Below are positions 10,523-20,792 of a DNA stretch of 64,000 nucleotides, in pieces (position 1 is the stretch's first letter; each line of letters starts with the position of its first letter). Made by a program: the position numbers and the translations under genes. The notes under the pieces were generated by a model. The model saw only the letters and a list, made by a program, of their open reading frames with translations. It searched no databases and was not told where the DNA came from. Source of the stretch: Nitrospirota bacterium (GTDB lineage: Bacteria > Nitrospirota > Nitrospiria > Nitrospirales > Nitrospiraceae); NCBI GenBank assembly GCA_963701855.1, contig CAVPBK010000010.1, positions 1 to 64,000 on the forward strand, given 5' to 3'.

Positions 10523-12458
10523 TTAAAAAATACTCTTACTCACTTCGTTGGAGTATGTACTTTCATTGCCAGCACTATCGTACGCTGTGATGACGAAGAA
10601 ATATGTGGTCCCGTTCTGCAATCCTGTCGCAGTAAAGCTTGTCGTCGTCTTGGGTAGCGTCGAGAGGGGTGCTCCATAAGTTCCCGACCCCGTCCCTCGA
10701 TACACCTTGTATCCTGCTACATCTGATTCGGTGTTGGCATTCCAGGTGAGATTGGCCGTGCCGGCTACTGTGGCGCTGAGTGTTAACGACACAGGAATCT
10801 GACGTGGGCTATTGGTCGATCCGGAAGCCGTTATAGTGACGATGCTGTTGTAAGTTCCGGCGGCTAACCCTGTCATGTTCACGCTTGCAGTTATGGATCC
10901 GCTGTTGGTGCCGGACACAGGACTCAGGGTCAACCACGCTGCGTTGTCCGAGGCCGCCCAGGACAAGGTGCCGCCGCCGGTGTTGGAGATGCTAATGGGC
11001 TTAGCTACAGGGTTCGTACCTCCCACTGTTCCGGTGAATGTGAGGTTGGTCGGGCTGAAGTCGATCGTCGCACCAGCCGTTGTTGCCGTAATTGTTAACG
11101 TGACCGGCAGGCTTTTGGCTGGAGCCCCTGAGGCGGTCACAGTAACGATGGCGTTGTAGGTTCCGGCGGCTAACCCCGTGAGGTTCACGCTCACGGTTAC
11201 GGTCCCGCTGTTGGTACCGGACGCGGGACTGAGGGTCAGCCACGCTGTGTTGTCTGATGCTACCCAGGATAAGGTGCCGCCGCCCACATTCGAAACAGCG
11301 ATAGTTTGGGCAGAAGGATTCGTCCCTCCGACCGTTCCGGCAAAGCCGAGAGTTGTTGTGTTGAGCCTGATCGCGGGCGTGGCACTGCCGGAAGTGACAC
11401 TCATGATGATGGGCACTTGCTTGGTGATTCCACCGCCAGAGATGGTCGCAGTTCCACTGTAGGTTCCGGCGGTGAGTCCGGCGGTAGAGGCCGTGTGCGA
11501 GATCGTGGCCGATGCCCCTGGCGACCATTGTGACGTGTCGCCGGAGGTCGCGACGAGCCAGTTGATGGAATCGGCCCAGGTTACCGTAAGGGCCGTGCTC
11601 CCTGTGTTCGTCACGGTCACGCTACCGGACTTGTTTGGCGATCCCACCGTGGCGCTGTAGGCCAGCGTGGGCGGCGAGAGGCTGAAGCCGGTAGCGGACC
11701 CGGCGGTCGTGAGAGTGAGGGTGATGGGCACTTGCTTGGTGATTCCACCGCCAGAGATGGTCGCAGTTCCACTGTAGGTTCCGGCGGTGAGTCCGGCGGT
11801 AGAGGCCGTTAGTGCGAGATCGTGGCCGATGCCCCGGGCGCCATTGTGACTGTGTCGCCGGAGGTCGCGACGAGCCAGTTGATGGAATCGGCCCAGGTTA
11901 CCGTGAGGGCCGTGCTTCCTGTGTTCGTCACGGTCACGCTACCGGACTTATTTGGCGATCCCACCGTGGCGCTGTAGGCCAGCGTGGGCGGCGAGAGGCT
12001 GAAGCCGGTAGCGGACCCGGCGGTCGTGAGAGTGAGGGTGATGGGCACTTGCTTGGTGATTCCACCGCCAGAGATGGTCGCAGTTCCACTGTAGGTGCCG
12101 GCGGTGAGTCCGGCGGAAGAGGCCGTGTGCGAGATCGTGGCCGATGCCCCTGGCGAATCATTGTGACTGTGTCGCCGGAGGTCGCGACGAGCCAGTTGAT
12201 GGAATCGGCCCAGGTTACCGTGAGGGCCGTGCTTCCTGTGTTCGTCACGGTCACGCTACCGGACTTGTTTGGCGATCCCACCGTGGCGCTGTAGGCCAGC
12301 GTGGACGGCGAGAGGTTGAAACTGGTAGCGGATTGCGCGAATGCGCTGGTGACACGGAGTCCTCCATCAAGTGCCAGCAGTCCAAGTAGCGCGAAGACAA
12401 CGCTTTTTCCGACGAGCCATCGGATTACAGGAAAAAATGGAATGCAGTACGAGTTCAT
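10523..12458 (-). pseudogene. secreted BACON-like repeat + FN3 protein with frameshifts
   Basis: Signal peptide (MNSY...AFAQ), three 315-bp Ig-like repeats, two further BACON-like repeats (WLTLSP.SGT) and a C-terminal FN3 (YFFVITAYDSAGNES). Net +4 nt of indels. Confidence 0.8.
11408..12332. repeat. intragenic tandem repeat, about 3 x 315 bp
   Basis: GATGGGCACTTGCTTGGTGATTCC recurs at 11408, 11723 and 12040. Confidence 0.95.
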
Positions 12459-12541
12459 GTTGTGATTCCTCTGCTCACGTTCATAGTGAAGCTGTGCGGT
12501 GTTCCAGCTGTTGTCTTCGAATACAGTGCGCCCTGTCACCT

Positions 12542-12564
12542 GAGCAATGGCTGTGCCATTGCTC
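12542..12564. promoter_or_regulatory. palindromic sigma54 (-24/-12) site
   Basis: Minus strand TGGCACAGCCATTGC (12544-12558); plus strand TGGCTGTGCCATTGC (12548-12562). Confidence 0.65.
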
Positions 12565-12824
12565 TAAAGCAAAACCATACGGCATAAAGCTCCGCCAATG
12601 ATTGGTTTGTCACCATGCTGTTTGGAGTAGCCTACAGATTGGATTTGCGAGCAATTGTAGGCGGGGTCATGCAGCGTGGAGGGAAAAATAAAACTTCTGT
12701 CCGACTCGAGCTGTTAACTGAAGTTCTCAAACGATCAGTCCCATAGAAAGAAGAACGGCAATATTCTGTTCAGGCGTATAGTCATCAGGTATGATTCCCC
12801 AGTGATGACTCTGGAGTGATCCAA

Positions 12825-13124
12825 ATGAATTCGAATCGTTCCTTCTCACAGGAAATAGATAAGGCTGTTCCGAAAATCGTTTCACAGGAGCAAGCGCCGC
12901 TCTCTGCGGCTGGTTCAATCGGTCCATGGTCGGTGTGGGGCAGCATCGCAGTGGGAGCGGTGCTCGCGGCTGTGATCGGCACGTGGCTGGTCTGGTTTTC
13001 GGTTTCCTTACAGCGAAAGTTTCAAGTAGAAGATATACAAGCCGCCTGTCAGCGTGTGATGCCTGAGACCGTGGAGCGTTGTGTGGACACAGTGATTATT
13101 CAACGCGGGGGAGCGAGGCGATGA
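12825..13124 (+). CDS. small single-TM hypothetical protein
   Basis: Hydrophobic helix; ATGA overlap with the next gene. Confidence 0.55.
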   Translation: MNSNRSFSQEIDKAVPKIVSQEQAPLSAAGSIGPWSVWGSIAVGAVLAAVIGTWLVWFSVSLQRKFQVEDIQAACQRVMPETVERCVDTVIIQRGGARR

Positions 13125-14135
13125 AGGGGTGGAGTCGACGAACATCCGCAGCAGTCCTGTGTGGGTGGCTCATGATCGTAGGCATTGCATGCGGTACTCA
13201 GGTTGCAGCGGCGCAAGAATCCATTACAGAGTCACGTCAAAAATTCGATTTGGCGATTGGAACGTGGATCAGCACAGGAAATACGCGCTGGGAGCACAAT
13301 GCGTCGTCCACAGCTGGGTTGGGGAATCCGACGTCAAAGCTTAAATATGAAGACGTTGGGACGAATGTGGTTGAACTCACCGGAAAGGCTTGGGTGACAC
13401 CGAAGTGGTTTGGCCGACTCAACGTGGGCGTCGCCGGGATCGGAGGCGGCAGACTCACGGATGACGATTATGGATCAAACGGAGGGCAGAGGCTGTTTTC
13501 GAGTACCAATAGCAACCTATCTGGTGACAACATGTGGTACCTGAATGCGGACGGCGGCTTCAGAGTACTTGAATATCCAAATCATCGGGGTTGGCTGGAG
13601 GCATTTGGAGGATTTCAGTATTGGTATACAAAATATGAAGCCACAGGAGTGGCGCAGGTGGCCTGCGACAATTCGGCTGTGCCTGGGTCGTTGGGACTTG
13701 CTTGTAATCCAGTGGGAACCATGACGAATCAAGGGCAAACAGTTATCACTAATACCACAAATTGGTACTCGATTCGTGTCGGGGCTTCCACAGAATATCG
13801 ACTGACGCGGAGATTAAGCCTAATGACAACTGCGGTTTTTCTTCCGCTGACCATCATCGATAACAAGGATGTTCATCATCTGAGATCTGATCTTCAGCAA
13901 AATCCGAGTATCTCGATGGAGGGATGGGGGGTTGGAGCCAATGCAGATGTCGGATTAAAGCTGATGCTGGTCAAGAATATATTTCTCAATGCCGGCTACC
14001 GTGTCTGGTGGAACTATGCAATTGATGGTAACGTGACGTTTCATAATGTCGAGTGCGCCATCCGATTCTTTTCCCCTTACGCAGTTTCAATCCTTCCGAC
14101 AAGGCCTCACGGCCGGTCTCAACTTTACGTTTTAG
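13121..14135 (+). pseudogene. outer-membrane beta-barrel (omptin-like) protein with a +1 frameshift near 14050
   Basis: Signal peptide and amphipathic strands. The shifted frame ends FQSFRQGLTAGLNFTF* (terminal Phe beta-signal). Confidence 0.7.
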
Positions 14136-14156
14136 TATCCGATCAGCGGGAAAAGA

Positions 14157-15221
14157 TTACCGACGGCGTCCCGACGGCAGCGTTTCGTCTTCGTATTGGG
14201 CAAAGAGCCGTTTGGCTTCCGGATGGAGGTAGCTTGGATGGCCGTGTGGAATACCGACCGTGCGGAAGAGCGGTGCGAGTTTTCCGTTCGGATGCAGGTA
14301 GCCGGCGCGAAGCGGCACGGTGCGTGTGCTGTGTCGGATCAAGTGGCAGGGAGTCGGTCTGATTGAGGTAATCCACTCGGCGATGTCGTGGGGGTTGCCG
14401 ATCGAGGCAGAAAGCAAGAGCATCCGTGCTTGGCTCGGACAGAAGATGATCGTTTCTTCCCAGACGACGCCCCGCTCCGGGTCGGCGATATATTGAGACT
14501 CATCCAAAATAACCAGACCTAACGTATCCAACCGTACGTCGATCTCACCACCACCTGCGTCGTAGAGCAGGTTCCGCAAGATTTCCGTCGTCATGATCAG
14601 CAGTGGTGCTTGTCCGTTGTCGCGCCGATCGCCGGTCAGAATGCCGACCTGGTCCGCCCCGAAAATTTTTGAAAACTCCGTGTACTTGGTGTTCGAGAGG
14701 GCCTTGAGAGGCGATGTATAGATGACGGTCCGATTCTCCGCGATTGCGCGGCGGGCCGCTTCGACTGCCACATAGGTTTTTCCGCTTCCTGTGGGAACGC
14801 TTACGACCACGTCACCTTCTCTTAGTTTGGCGATGGCGTCTTCTTGCCAGGCATCCGGGACAAAGGCCTTCGACGGCGGCACTCCCAGTCCCTCCAACCA
14901 ACTGGAGAGAGTGACACCTGGCTCATGGGACTCCGGCTCAACCGGTCTGGGCATGGTGTGCCGCTGCGGCGCCGCTGATTTCTGTTTTCGCGCGGCAGGG
15001 GCTTGAGGAGGAGGTGGTGTAGGGCGAGCCTGTTTCTCGCCAATCAATATCATCAGGTCGGACTCAAAACCTGCGCGGTTCTCTGCTGAGTGGCGCAATA
15101 AAACCTCGATCAAGCGGCGTTTGCCTGCGCGGAAATGTCGTTGAACACGCCCACGCGCCAGGCGGTGCAAGAGCGCGATCGGTTGTTGGGCCAGAAGTTG
15201 TTCGAGCTCTTCGGTGGTCAT
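14157..15221 (-). CDS. Ski2/HelY-like SF2 helicase, N-terminal (RecA1) half
   Basis: PTGSGKT, YTSPLKALSN, TTEILRN, DESQ, SAS motifs; motifs IV-VI are absent. Confidence 0.85.
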   Translation of the reverse strand: MTTEELEQLLAQQPIALLHRLARGRVQRHFRAGKRRLIEVLLRHSAENRAGFESDLMILIGEKQARPTPPPPQAPAARKQKSAAPQRHTMPRPVEPESHEPGVTLSSWLEGLGVPPSKAFVPDAWQEDAIAKLREGDVVVSVPTGSGKTYVAVEAARRAIAENRTVIYTSPLKALSNTKYTEFSKIFGADQVGILTGDRRDNGQAPLLIMTTEILRNLLYDAGGGEIDVRLDTLGLVILDESQYIADPERGVVWEETIIFCPSQARMLLLSASIGNPHDIAEWITSIRPTPCHLIRHSTRTVPLRAGYLHPNGKLAPLFRTVGIPHGHPSYLHPEAKRLFAQYEDETLPSGRRR

Positions 15222-15324
15222 CTCGATGCCGTTATCCGTGAATCGTTTATCGTGAAACGTCCAGCCGAAAAATGGTCGTACGGTGTTCTTGCAGTTAACG
15301 TACAACGTTGAACGGTTAACGTCG

Positions 15325-17184
15325 TCAAGGTAATTCCTCCAGTACGCCACGTCGTAGGGCGGCAATCGCGCGTGACGCGGTGTCTGCCAATCCTGGGTGT
15401 GTGGCCTTGAGCGTATGCAACTGTGACAGAAATTCCAAGGTTCGTGCTAATAGGCGATAGATATCCCCTTCAGCCATCGTTGTGCTCTTACAGAGACCGA
15501 TCCATGTGAGTGTGGGGTCGCCGATCCACCGTTCAGTCACTGCGGCGATGTCGGCACGTAAAAGTGGAGGATCTTCATGCGGTGAGAGCGACGCAGCCAA
15601 TTTTCGAACCTGTCCGAGCAATGAAGCCAGTCCGGAACTGACGCGAGGGAAGGCGCCGGGGCGATCGTCGTCGTGGGCGATGCTCGACATGACAGCGGCC
15701 AGCATAGCGGGATCGGCACCGCTGAAAGCATCGGCTCGGAGCAATTCTGTAATGAGCAGCGAGTGGTCGATGCGGATGAGCCTAGCCCATTCGCCGTCAT
15801 CGGTCAGATGGGCTGTTGGCGTGAGATAGCCGAACTGTTGCAGGACGTCGATTTTTTCCTGGAAACGGTGCCAGAGACTCGTCCTCAGGGCCTGGATCGA
15901 TTTGACATGCCGATGTTGTTCCTGCCGAAGTTTAGCAGCGAGAGGATAGTCTCTCTGACAGGCGGAACGTGAAGGACAGGTCGGACAGGCAAAGTCGCCC
16001 AGGGTTTGCACGATGGCGTCAGGAATCGGCTCATCGTCCTTCGGAATCAAAATGGGTAGCTCCGGCAGCCGGCCCGGCAACTCTTCCAGCTGATGGAGTA
16101 ACTCTTCCACGCTCTCCGGCGTGCACCAGGGATAGACGGGTGCGTCCACGCAGTCAAGGACACGGTCAGATACTTCGGTCACCGTGGAAGCTGGAGATTC
16201 GGTAATGCCTCCGTCGAGTCGCAGTGCCGTGATCATCGGGCTCTTCTGGCCCTTGCTGCGATATTGTCGCAGGACCACGCCTCGGCTGCGGCCGAAGCCC
16301 ACCACGCGACCGGGGGTGAGGAAATGAAAGCGTGCGGCAACTTCCGGTGGTTCATGCCTCCTGACAGGGGCACGGTGCGATTTCTGCCGGCGGACCTGGT
16401 CGAAGGTCTGCCATTCTGTGATCCAATCGGTGCACACACGCGGCCCAAACGGTTCCATCTGATTGCGCAGATCGTCCAGCTTGCGTTCCAAGACTTCGGC
16501 ACGCTGGTTGAGCTGAAATTGTGCAAAGCTTTTGGCGAGGATCGGTTGGATTTGATCAAGGGGATGGGCTTTCAAGAGATTCAAGACCATCGGATAGCTG
16601 ATGAGGAATTGGCTGTTGATTGCTTCTGGATGGCCGGTGAAGCCTTTGGTCAGCACGTTGAGATCGATATAGGGTGAGGGGGTGACGATGGCAAAGCCCA
16701 CGAGATCTTTTCCTCGGCGTCCCGCGCGGCCTGCGATCTGCTGCACTTCGCCGATGGTCAAATCCGTGAAGTCGCGCGACTTGCGAATGCTCGACTGCGT
16801 GATAATGACGGTGCGCGCAGGGAAATCGACTCCGGCGGCCAGTGTGGTTGTGGCAAAGACGGCATCGAGGCAGCCATGACGCATCAGTTCTTCAACGGCG
16901 ATTTTCCACGAGGGAAGATGGCCTGCGTGATGTGCAGCCACGCCGATGCGCTGAACAGTCGGAATGAGGGGGTGCTCGGCGATACTGGGGTATTGAGTGA
17001 TCACCTTGTCCAGCACTTCCGCGATGGCTTGCTGACGAGGTGGCGGGAGAAGGATGTGGCTATGGTCAAATGCCTGCATCGCCTCATCGCAGGCACGGCG
17101 AGACGTGAGGAACACGATGGCGGGGGTCAAGTGTTTGTCGCGAAGAGCGAGAATCAGATCAACCGGATGAATCGAGGGGGGCAT
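15325..17184 (-). CDS. Ski2/HelY-like SF2 helicase, C-terminal (RecA2 + DSHCT) half
   Basis: PAIVFLTSRRACD, HHAGHLP, ATTTLAAGVDFPA, QIAGRAGRRG, SFAQFQ, EGDIYRLL motifs; no Walker A/B. Confidence 0.85.
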   Translation of the reverse strand: MPPSIHPVDLILALRDKHLTPAIVFLTSRRACDEAMQAFDHSHILLPPPRQQAIAEVLDKVITQYPSIAEHPLIPTVQRIGVAAHHAGHLPSWKIAVEELMRHGCLDAVFATTTLAAGVDFPARTVIITQSSIRKSRDFTDLTIGEVQQIAGRAGRRGKDLVGFAIVTPSPYIDLNVLTKGFTGHPEAINSQFLISYPMVLNLLKAHPLDQIQPILAKSFAQFQLNQRAEVLERKLDDLRNQMEPFGPRVCTDWITEWQTFDQVRRQKSHRAPVRRHEPPEVAARFHFLTPGRVVGFGRSRGVVLRQYRSKGQKSPMITALRLDGGITESPASTVTEVSDRVLDCVDAPVYPWCTPESVEELLHQLEELPGRLPELPILIPKDDEPIPDAIVQTLGDFACPTCPSRSACQRDYPLAAKLRQEQHRHVKSIQALRTSLWHRFQEKIDVLQQFGYLTPTAHLTDDGEWARLIRIDHSLLITELLRADAFSGADPAMLAAVMSSIAHDDDRPGAFPRVSSGLASLLGQVRKLAASLSPHEDPPLLRADIAAVTERWIGDPTLTWIGLCKSTTMAEGDIYRLLARTLEFLSQLHTLKATHPGLADTASRAIAALRRGVLEELP

Positions 17185-18397
17185 GCAGTTTCATTCCCTT
17201 TGCAATCACAACCAAGCCGGACTCAGTGACGGTAAATCGTTGGGCGTCGGCCTCTCGGTCATATCCGATTTCCGAGTTGGGCGGAATGATGACATCCTTG
17301 TCGATGATGGCCCGTCTGATCCGGCTGTGTGCGCCGATAACGACATTTTCCATGATGATCGATTCACGCACGTCCGCATTGTCTTGCACACGGACGTTCG
17401 GCGACAGCACTGAGTTTTGTACCCGGCCACCGGAGAAGATGCAGCCGCCGCAGACGATGGAATCCAGGGCCACGCCCATCCTGCCGCCCTGATAGTCTTG
17501 CGCGAAGACGAATTTGGCCGGTGGAAATTGCCCTTGATAGGTTCGAATCGGCCAGTGCGGGTCGTAGAGATTGAAGAGGGGATCCACCGCGACGAGGTCC
17601 AGGTTCGCTTCCCAGTACGCGTCCAATGTTCCGATGTCCCGCCAATACTTCACATCTTTTTTATTCGCGTCGACAAATTTGTAGGCGCAGACACGCCGAT
17701 CGCGAAACATTCGCGGAATGATGTTTTTCCCGAAGTCGTGACTCCCGCCATCCTGAGCGTCGGCAGTCAAGTACTCCCGGAGGACTTTGGTGCGAAAGAG
17801 GTAGATGCCCATTGAAGCAAAGGCATGGGTCGGGTCGTTGGGGATCGACGGCGGCTGCGCCGGCTTTTCTTCAAATTTTGTAATCCGGAAGTCCTCATCC
17901 ACGCCGATCACGCCGAATCGATGGGCCTCTTCAATCGGAATATCGATCGCGCCCACCACGGCATCGGCGTTTTTGGCGATCAGCCAATTGAGCATTTCCA
18001 TATAGTTCATCTTGTAGATATGGTCGCCGGCCAGGATGAGCACATAGTCCGGCTGATCGCTGTCGAGCAGAAACAGGTTTTGATAGACCGCGTCGGCGGT
18101 GCCTTGGTACCATTCTTCACTGATCCGCTGTTGGGGTGGCATCGAGGCGATGTACTCGCCGAGTTCGGCGTTCAGGATGTTCCAACCTGTGCGGATGTGA
18201 CGGTCGAGCGAATGGGATTTGTACTGGATGAGGACTGCGACTTTTCGAAGCCCTGAGTTGAGACAATTGCTGAGCGTAAAATCGATAATGCGATATTTCC
18301 CGCCGAAGGGAACCGCGGGCTTGGCCCGATGTTCGGTGAGGGGATAGAGACGCTCGCCCTTCCCGCCAGCTAGCACCATGGTGAATATGTTCTGCAT
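17159..18397 (-). CDS. glgC: glucose-1-phosphate adenylyltransferase
   Basis: LAGGKGERLYPLTEHRAKPAVPFGG, GTADAV, WRDIGT. Confidence 0.95.
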   Translation of the reverse strand: MQNIFTMVLAGGKGERLYPLTEHRAKPAVPFGGKYRIIDFTLSNCLNSGLRKVAVLIQYKSHSLDRHIRTGWNILNAELGEYIASMPPQQRISEEWYQGTADAVYQNLFLLDSDQPDYVLILAGDHIYKMNYMEMLNWLIAKNADAVVGAIDIPIEEAHRFGVIGVDEDFRITKFEEKPAQPPSIPNDPTHAFASMGIYLFRTKVLREYLTADAQDGGSHDFGKNIIPRMFRDRRVCAYKFVDANKKDVKYWRDIGTLDAYWEANLDLVAVDPLFNLYDPHWPIRTYQGQFPPAKFVFAQDYQGGRMGVALDSIVCGGCIFSGGRVQNSVLSPNVRVQDNADVRESIIMENVVIGAHSRIRRAIIDKDVIIPPNSEIGYDREADAQRFTVTESGLVVIAKGMKLHAPLDSSG

Positions 18398-18526
18398 TGA
18401 GGCGAATTGTAACAGGACGCTGAGAAAATAGAAAGAAAGCAGAGTCGTTGACATCGCGAGAATCTGAGATGATACTACGCTGTAGAGTCGAAGAAAGCCG
18501 GTGAGGATTCGAGCAAAGGAGTGAGC

Positions 18527-18814
18527 ATGAAGCGGGATGTACTGGTCACGTCGCTGGTGAAACAGAAGGCGGCTCAGAAGCCGGTCGTGGATCCTAGTGC
18601 CGATGCGCTCAGGCGGGTCGAACATCTTGAAAGCCAAATGGCAAAGTTGTCCGAATTGGTCCGCGAGCATGCGGAGGATGTCGATCGGTTGGTGCGCATC
18701 GTGGCCGAAGATCGCGATGCCATCCGGCGACAGCTATTGCGCAAACATCACGAGCAAGTTCGGGTCCGCAAACATCTTCGCGACTCCAATTCTAAGGTAG
18801 GACTCGACTTCTAA
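18527..18814 (+). CDS. coiled-coil hypothetical protein
   Basis: AAGGAG RBS; helical, charged ORF. Confidence 0.6.
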   Translation: MKRDVLVTSLVKQKAAQKPVVDPSADALRRVEHLESQMAKLSELVREHAEDVDRLVRIVAEDRDAIRRQLLRKHHEQVRVRKHLRDSNSKVGLDF

Positions 18815-18969
18815 GCCTGTGTCCGGTGGTCTCGTGCCGTGGATCCCGCCCGCGAGTCTATCTCCGCAGGATCGTACACAAGCCCGCCTCTATTGTTGGT
18901 CGTCTTGCCGGTGTTGTGCGAACTCGCCTATCAGCGAAATGCGAGTCATGGCAAAGGGAAAGAAAGGAG

Positions 18970-19773
18970 ATGACCGTGCAGCAACGATACTCTTATTCCT
19001 GGGGAATCGTCTGTTTGGTTTTGTTGGTGGGGACGGCTCAAACCCTGTGGGCTGAGGCCATTGGGAAGAGATGGGCTGTTCCGGTCCAGATGCCCTACGA
19101 GGCGCCTCCGAAGGGACAGAATTTTTCGGCTGAAGCAGTCCCGCAGAATACGAAACCGTTGACAGCAGAAGAGGTTCAACGGGCAGAAGCCCTCCTGCCT
19201 TTGCTCGAAGGCAAACAAGAGTTTTGGGCGATGGGAGAATTCGTGCACCTCGGCGAACCATCCGTGCCGGTCCTGGTCAAAGGGTTGACCATGCCTGGGC
19301 CGCGCATTCGCTATAACACCATTGAAACGATTTCGATGTTGAAGGCGCCCTCGGCAGTTCCGGCCCTCATCGCTGCGGCCAAGGAACCGAACGAGATTCC
19401 GCGTGTACGTGAACATGCTCTGCGGGTGGCGGTCCGATTGGACGCGGTCAAAGTCGTAGATGCGATCGAGGTGTTGGCAAGAGATCCGAATTCGTCGATT
19501 CGAAAGGCCGCCGCATTCGAGGCTCGATACGTCAGAGAGAAGCCGGTGGTACCGGTATTGATCGGGATGATTACCGATGAGGAACGTTTTGTCGCACTCT
19601 CAGCGGTGCAGTCGCTTTGGATTCTGACCCGGCATGAATCGGAGTTCCACGATTGGGAGACATCGACCAAACAAGACCGTCAAGAATGGGCGACCGAGTG
19701 GTTGGAATGGTGGAACACCCAGAAGGATAGCTTCGAAATGTCAGATCCGAAACGGCCAGCGAGGACTCGCTAG
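18970..19773 (+). CDS. exported HEAT-repeat protein
   Basis: Signal peptide; repeated AVPALI/VVPVLI helices. Confidence 0.75.
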   Translation: MTVQQRYSYSWGIVCLVLLVGTAQTLWAEAIGKRWAVPVQMPYEAPPKGQNFSAEAVPQNTKPLTAEEVQRAEALLPLLEGKQEFWAMGEFVHLGEPSVPVLVKGLTMPGPRIRYNTIETISMLKAPSAVPALIAAAKEPNEIPRVREHALRVAVRLDAVKVVDAIEVLARDPNSSIRKAAAFEARYVREKPVVPVLIGMITDEERFVALSAVQSLWILTRHESEFHDWETSTKQDRQEWATEWLEWWNTQKDSFEMSDPKRPARTR

Positions 19774-19776
19774 CGG

Positions 19777-19870
19777 CTGGTTGTTCTTGTCTGTTTGGTC
19801 TATCTGGTTTGTCTTGTCTATTTGGTTGAACCTGATAAACCAGATGAATCAGACAGACCAGATCAACCAG
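19777..19870. repeat. palindromic 9-bp-unit repeat (family D)
   Basis: TCTRTYTGG-like units inverted around GGTTGAACC; similar to 24807-24886. Confidence 0.7.
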
Positions 19871-19970
19871 TTTTGCCTTGCCTTGCAGGGACAAAAAATC
19901 CTGTGTTATATTTTGTGAATCTGCGCGCTCATCGTATTAATTGATTGACTAATATAAGTAGGTACGGTCT

Positions 19971-20501
19971 ATGCCCAAGCTTCCGATTGCAAAGCTCGGT
20001 AATCCTGTCTTGCGTCAGATGGCCACCACGGTTGATCCTCGCGACATTCGCACGTACGACCTGCAGCAATTCATCGACAATCTGATTGAGACGATGCTGG
20101 ATGAGCCAGGGATCGGCTTGGCGGCCCCCCAGGTGTCGCGTTCGATTCAACTGGTTGTGATGGGATGTGAAGGGGAAGATGGATTTCCCAGAACAGTCCT
20201 CATCAACCCCAAGATTGTCTTCTATGGTCCGCAACAAGTCGAAAACTGGGAGGGCTGTTTAAGCGTGGATGGGTTGCGGGGAAAGGTGACGAGGCCGTCA
20301 GTCGTGAGGGTTCAGGCGCTGGATCGTCATGGCAAGTCGTTAGATTTCGAAGCAACCGGTCTCTATTCCGTCTGTATCCAGCACGAGATGGATCACCTGA
20401 TCGGCAAGGTGTTTTTGGATCGGATGACGGATATGTCTACGCTCACACAGCTTCCAGAGTTTTCTAAGTACTGGCAACACGATCCCGTTCCCGTCATATA
20501 G
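19971..20501 (+). CDS. def: peptide deformylase
   Basis: GIGLAAPQ, EGCLS, QHEMDHL. Confidence 0.95.
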   Translation: MPKLPIAKLGNPVLRQMATTVDPRDIRTYDLQQFIDNLIETMLDEPGIGLAAPQVSRSIQLVVMGCEGEDGFPRTVLINPKIVFYGPQQVENWEGCLSVDGLRGKVTRPSVVRVQALDRHGKSLDFEATGLYSVCIQHEMDHLIGKVFLDRMTDMSTLTQLPEFSKYWQHDPVPVI

Positions 20502-20528
20502 CTAACCTGCCGTGAAGATCCTGCGCTT

Positions 20529-20790
20529 GCCCACATTATTCATGAATGTTTCTGCTCCAATCGCCGATAGGAAAATCAAAACTCATTGCGGTATTCTTTC
20601 TTCCCGCCAGGATCATACAAAGGACGCTCGACCTCGCAAGCGCGGTGACGACGCACCTGTCGGCCGGCGGACTCGCCCATCGAACCTTCAACATACTGCA
20701 CGAGTACGCCTCAGGTCCTTTGGGCTCCGTGCGTCGGTCTCGCGACGCGGCTCCGCCATTTCTCGACGAACCATCATGAATAATGTGGGC
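20529..20790. mobile_element. MITE-like element (family B)
   Basis: Terminal IR GCCCACATTATTCATGA / TCATGAATAATGTGGGC. Confidence 0.75.
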
Positions 20791-20792
20791 TT

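Noticed and set aside
15222..15365. Frameshift fusion giving one circularly permuted helicase
   Set aside because: The frame is open, but the linker is a palindromic heptamer repeat also found intergenically at 26228-26284, and no slippery site is evident.
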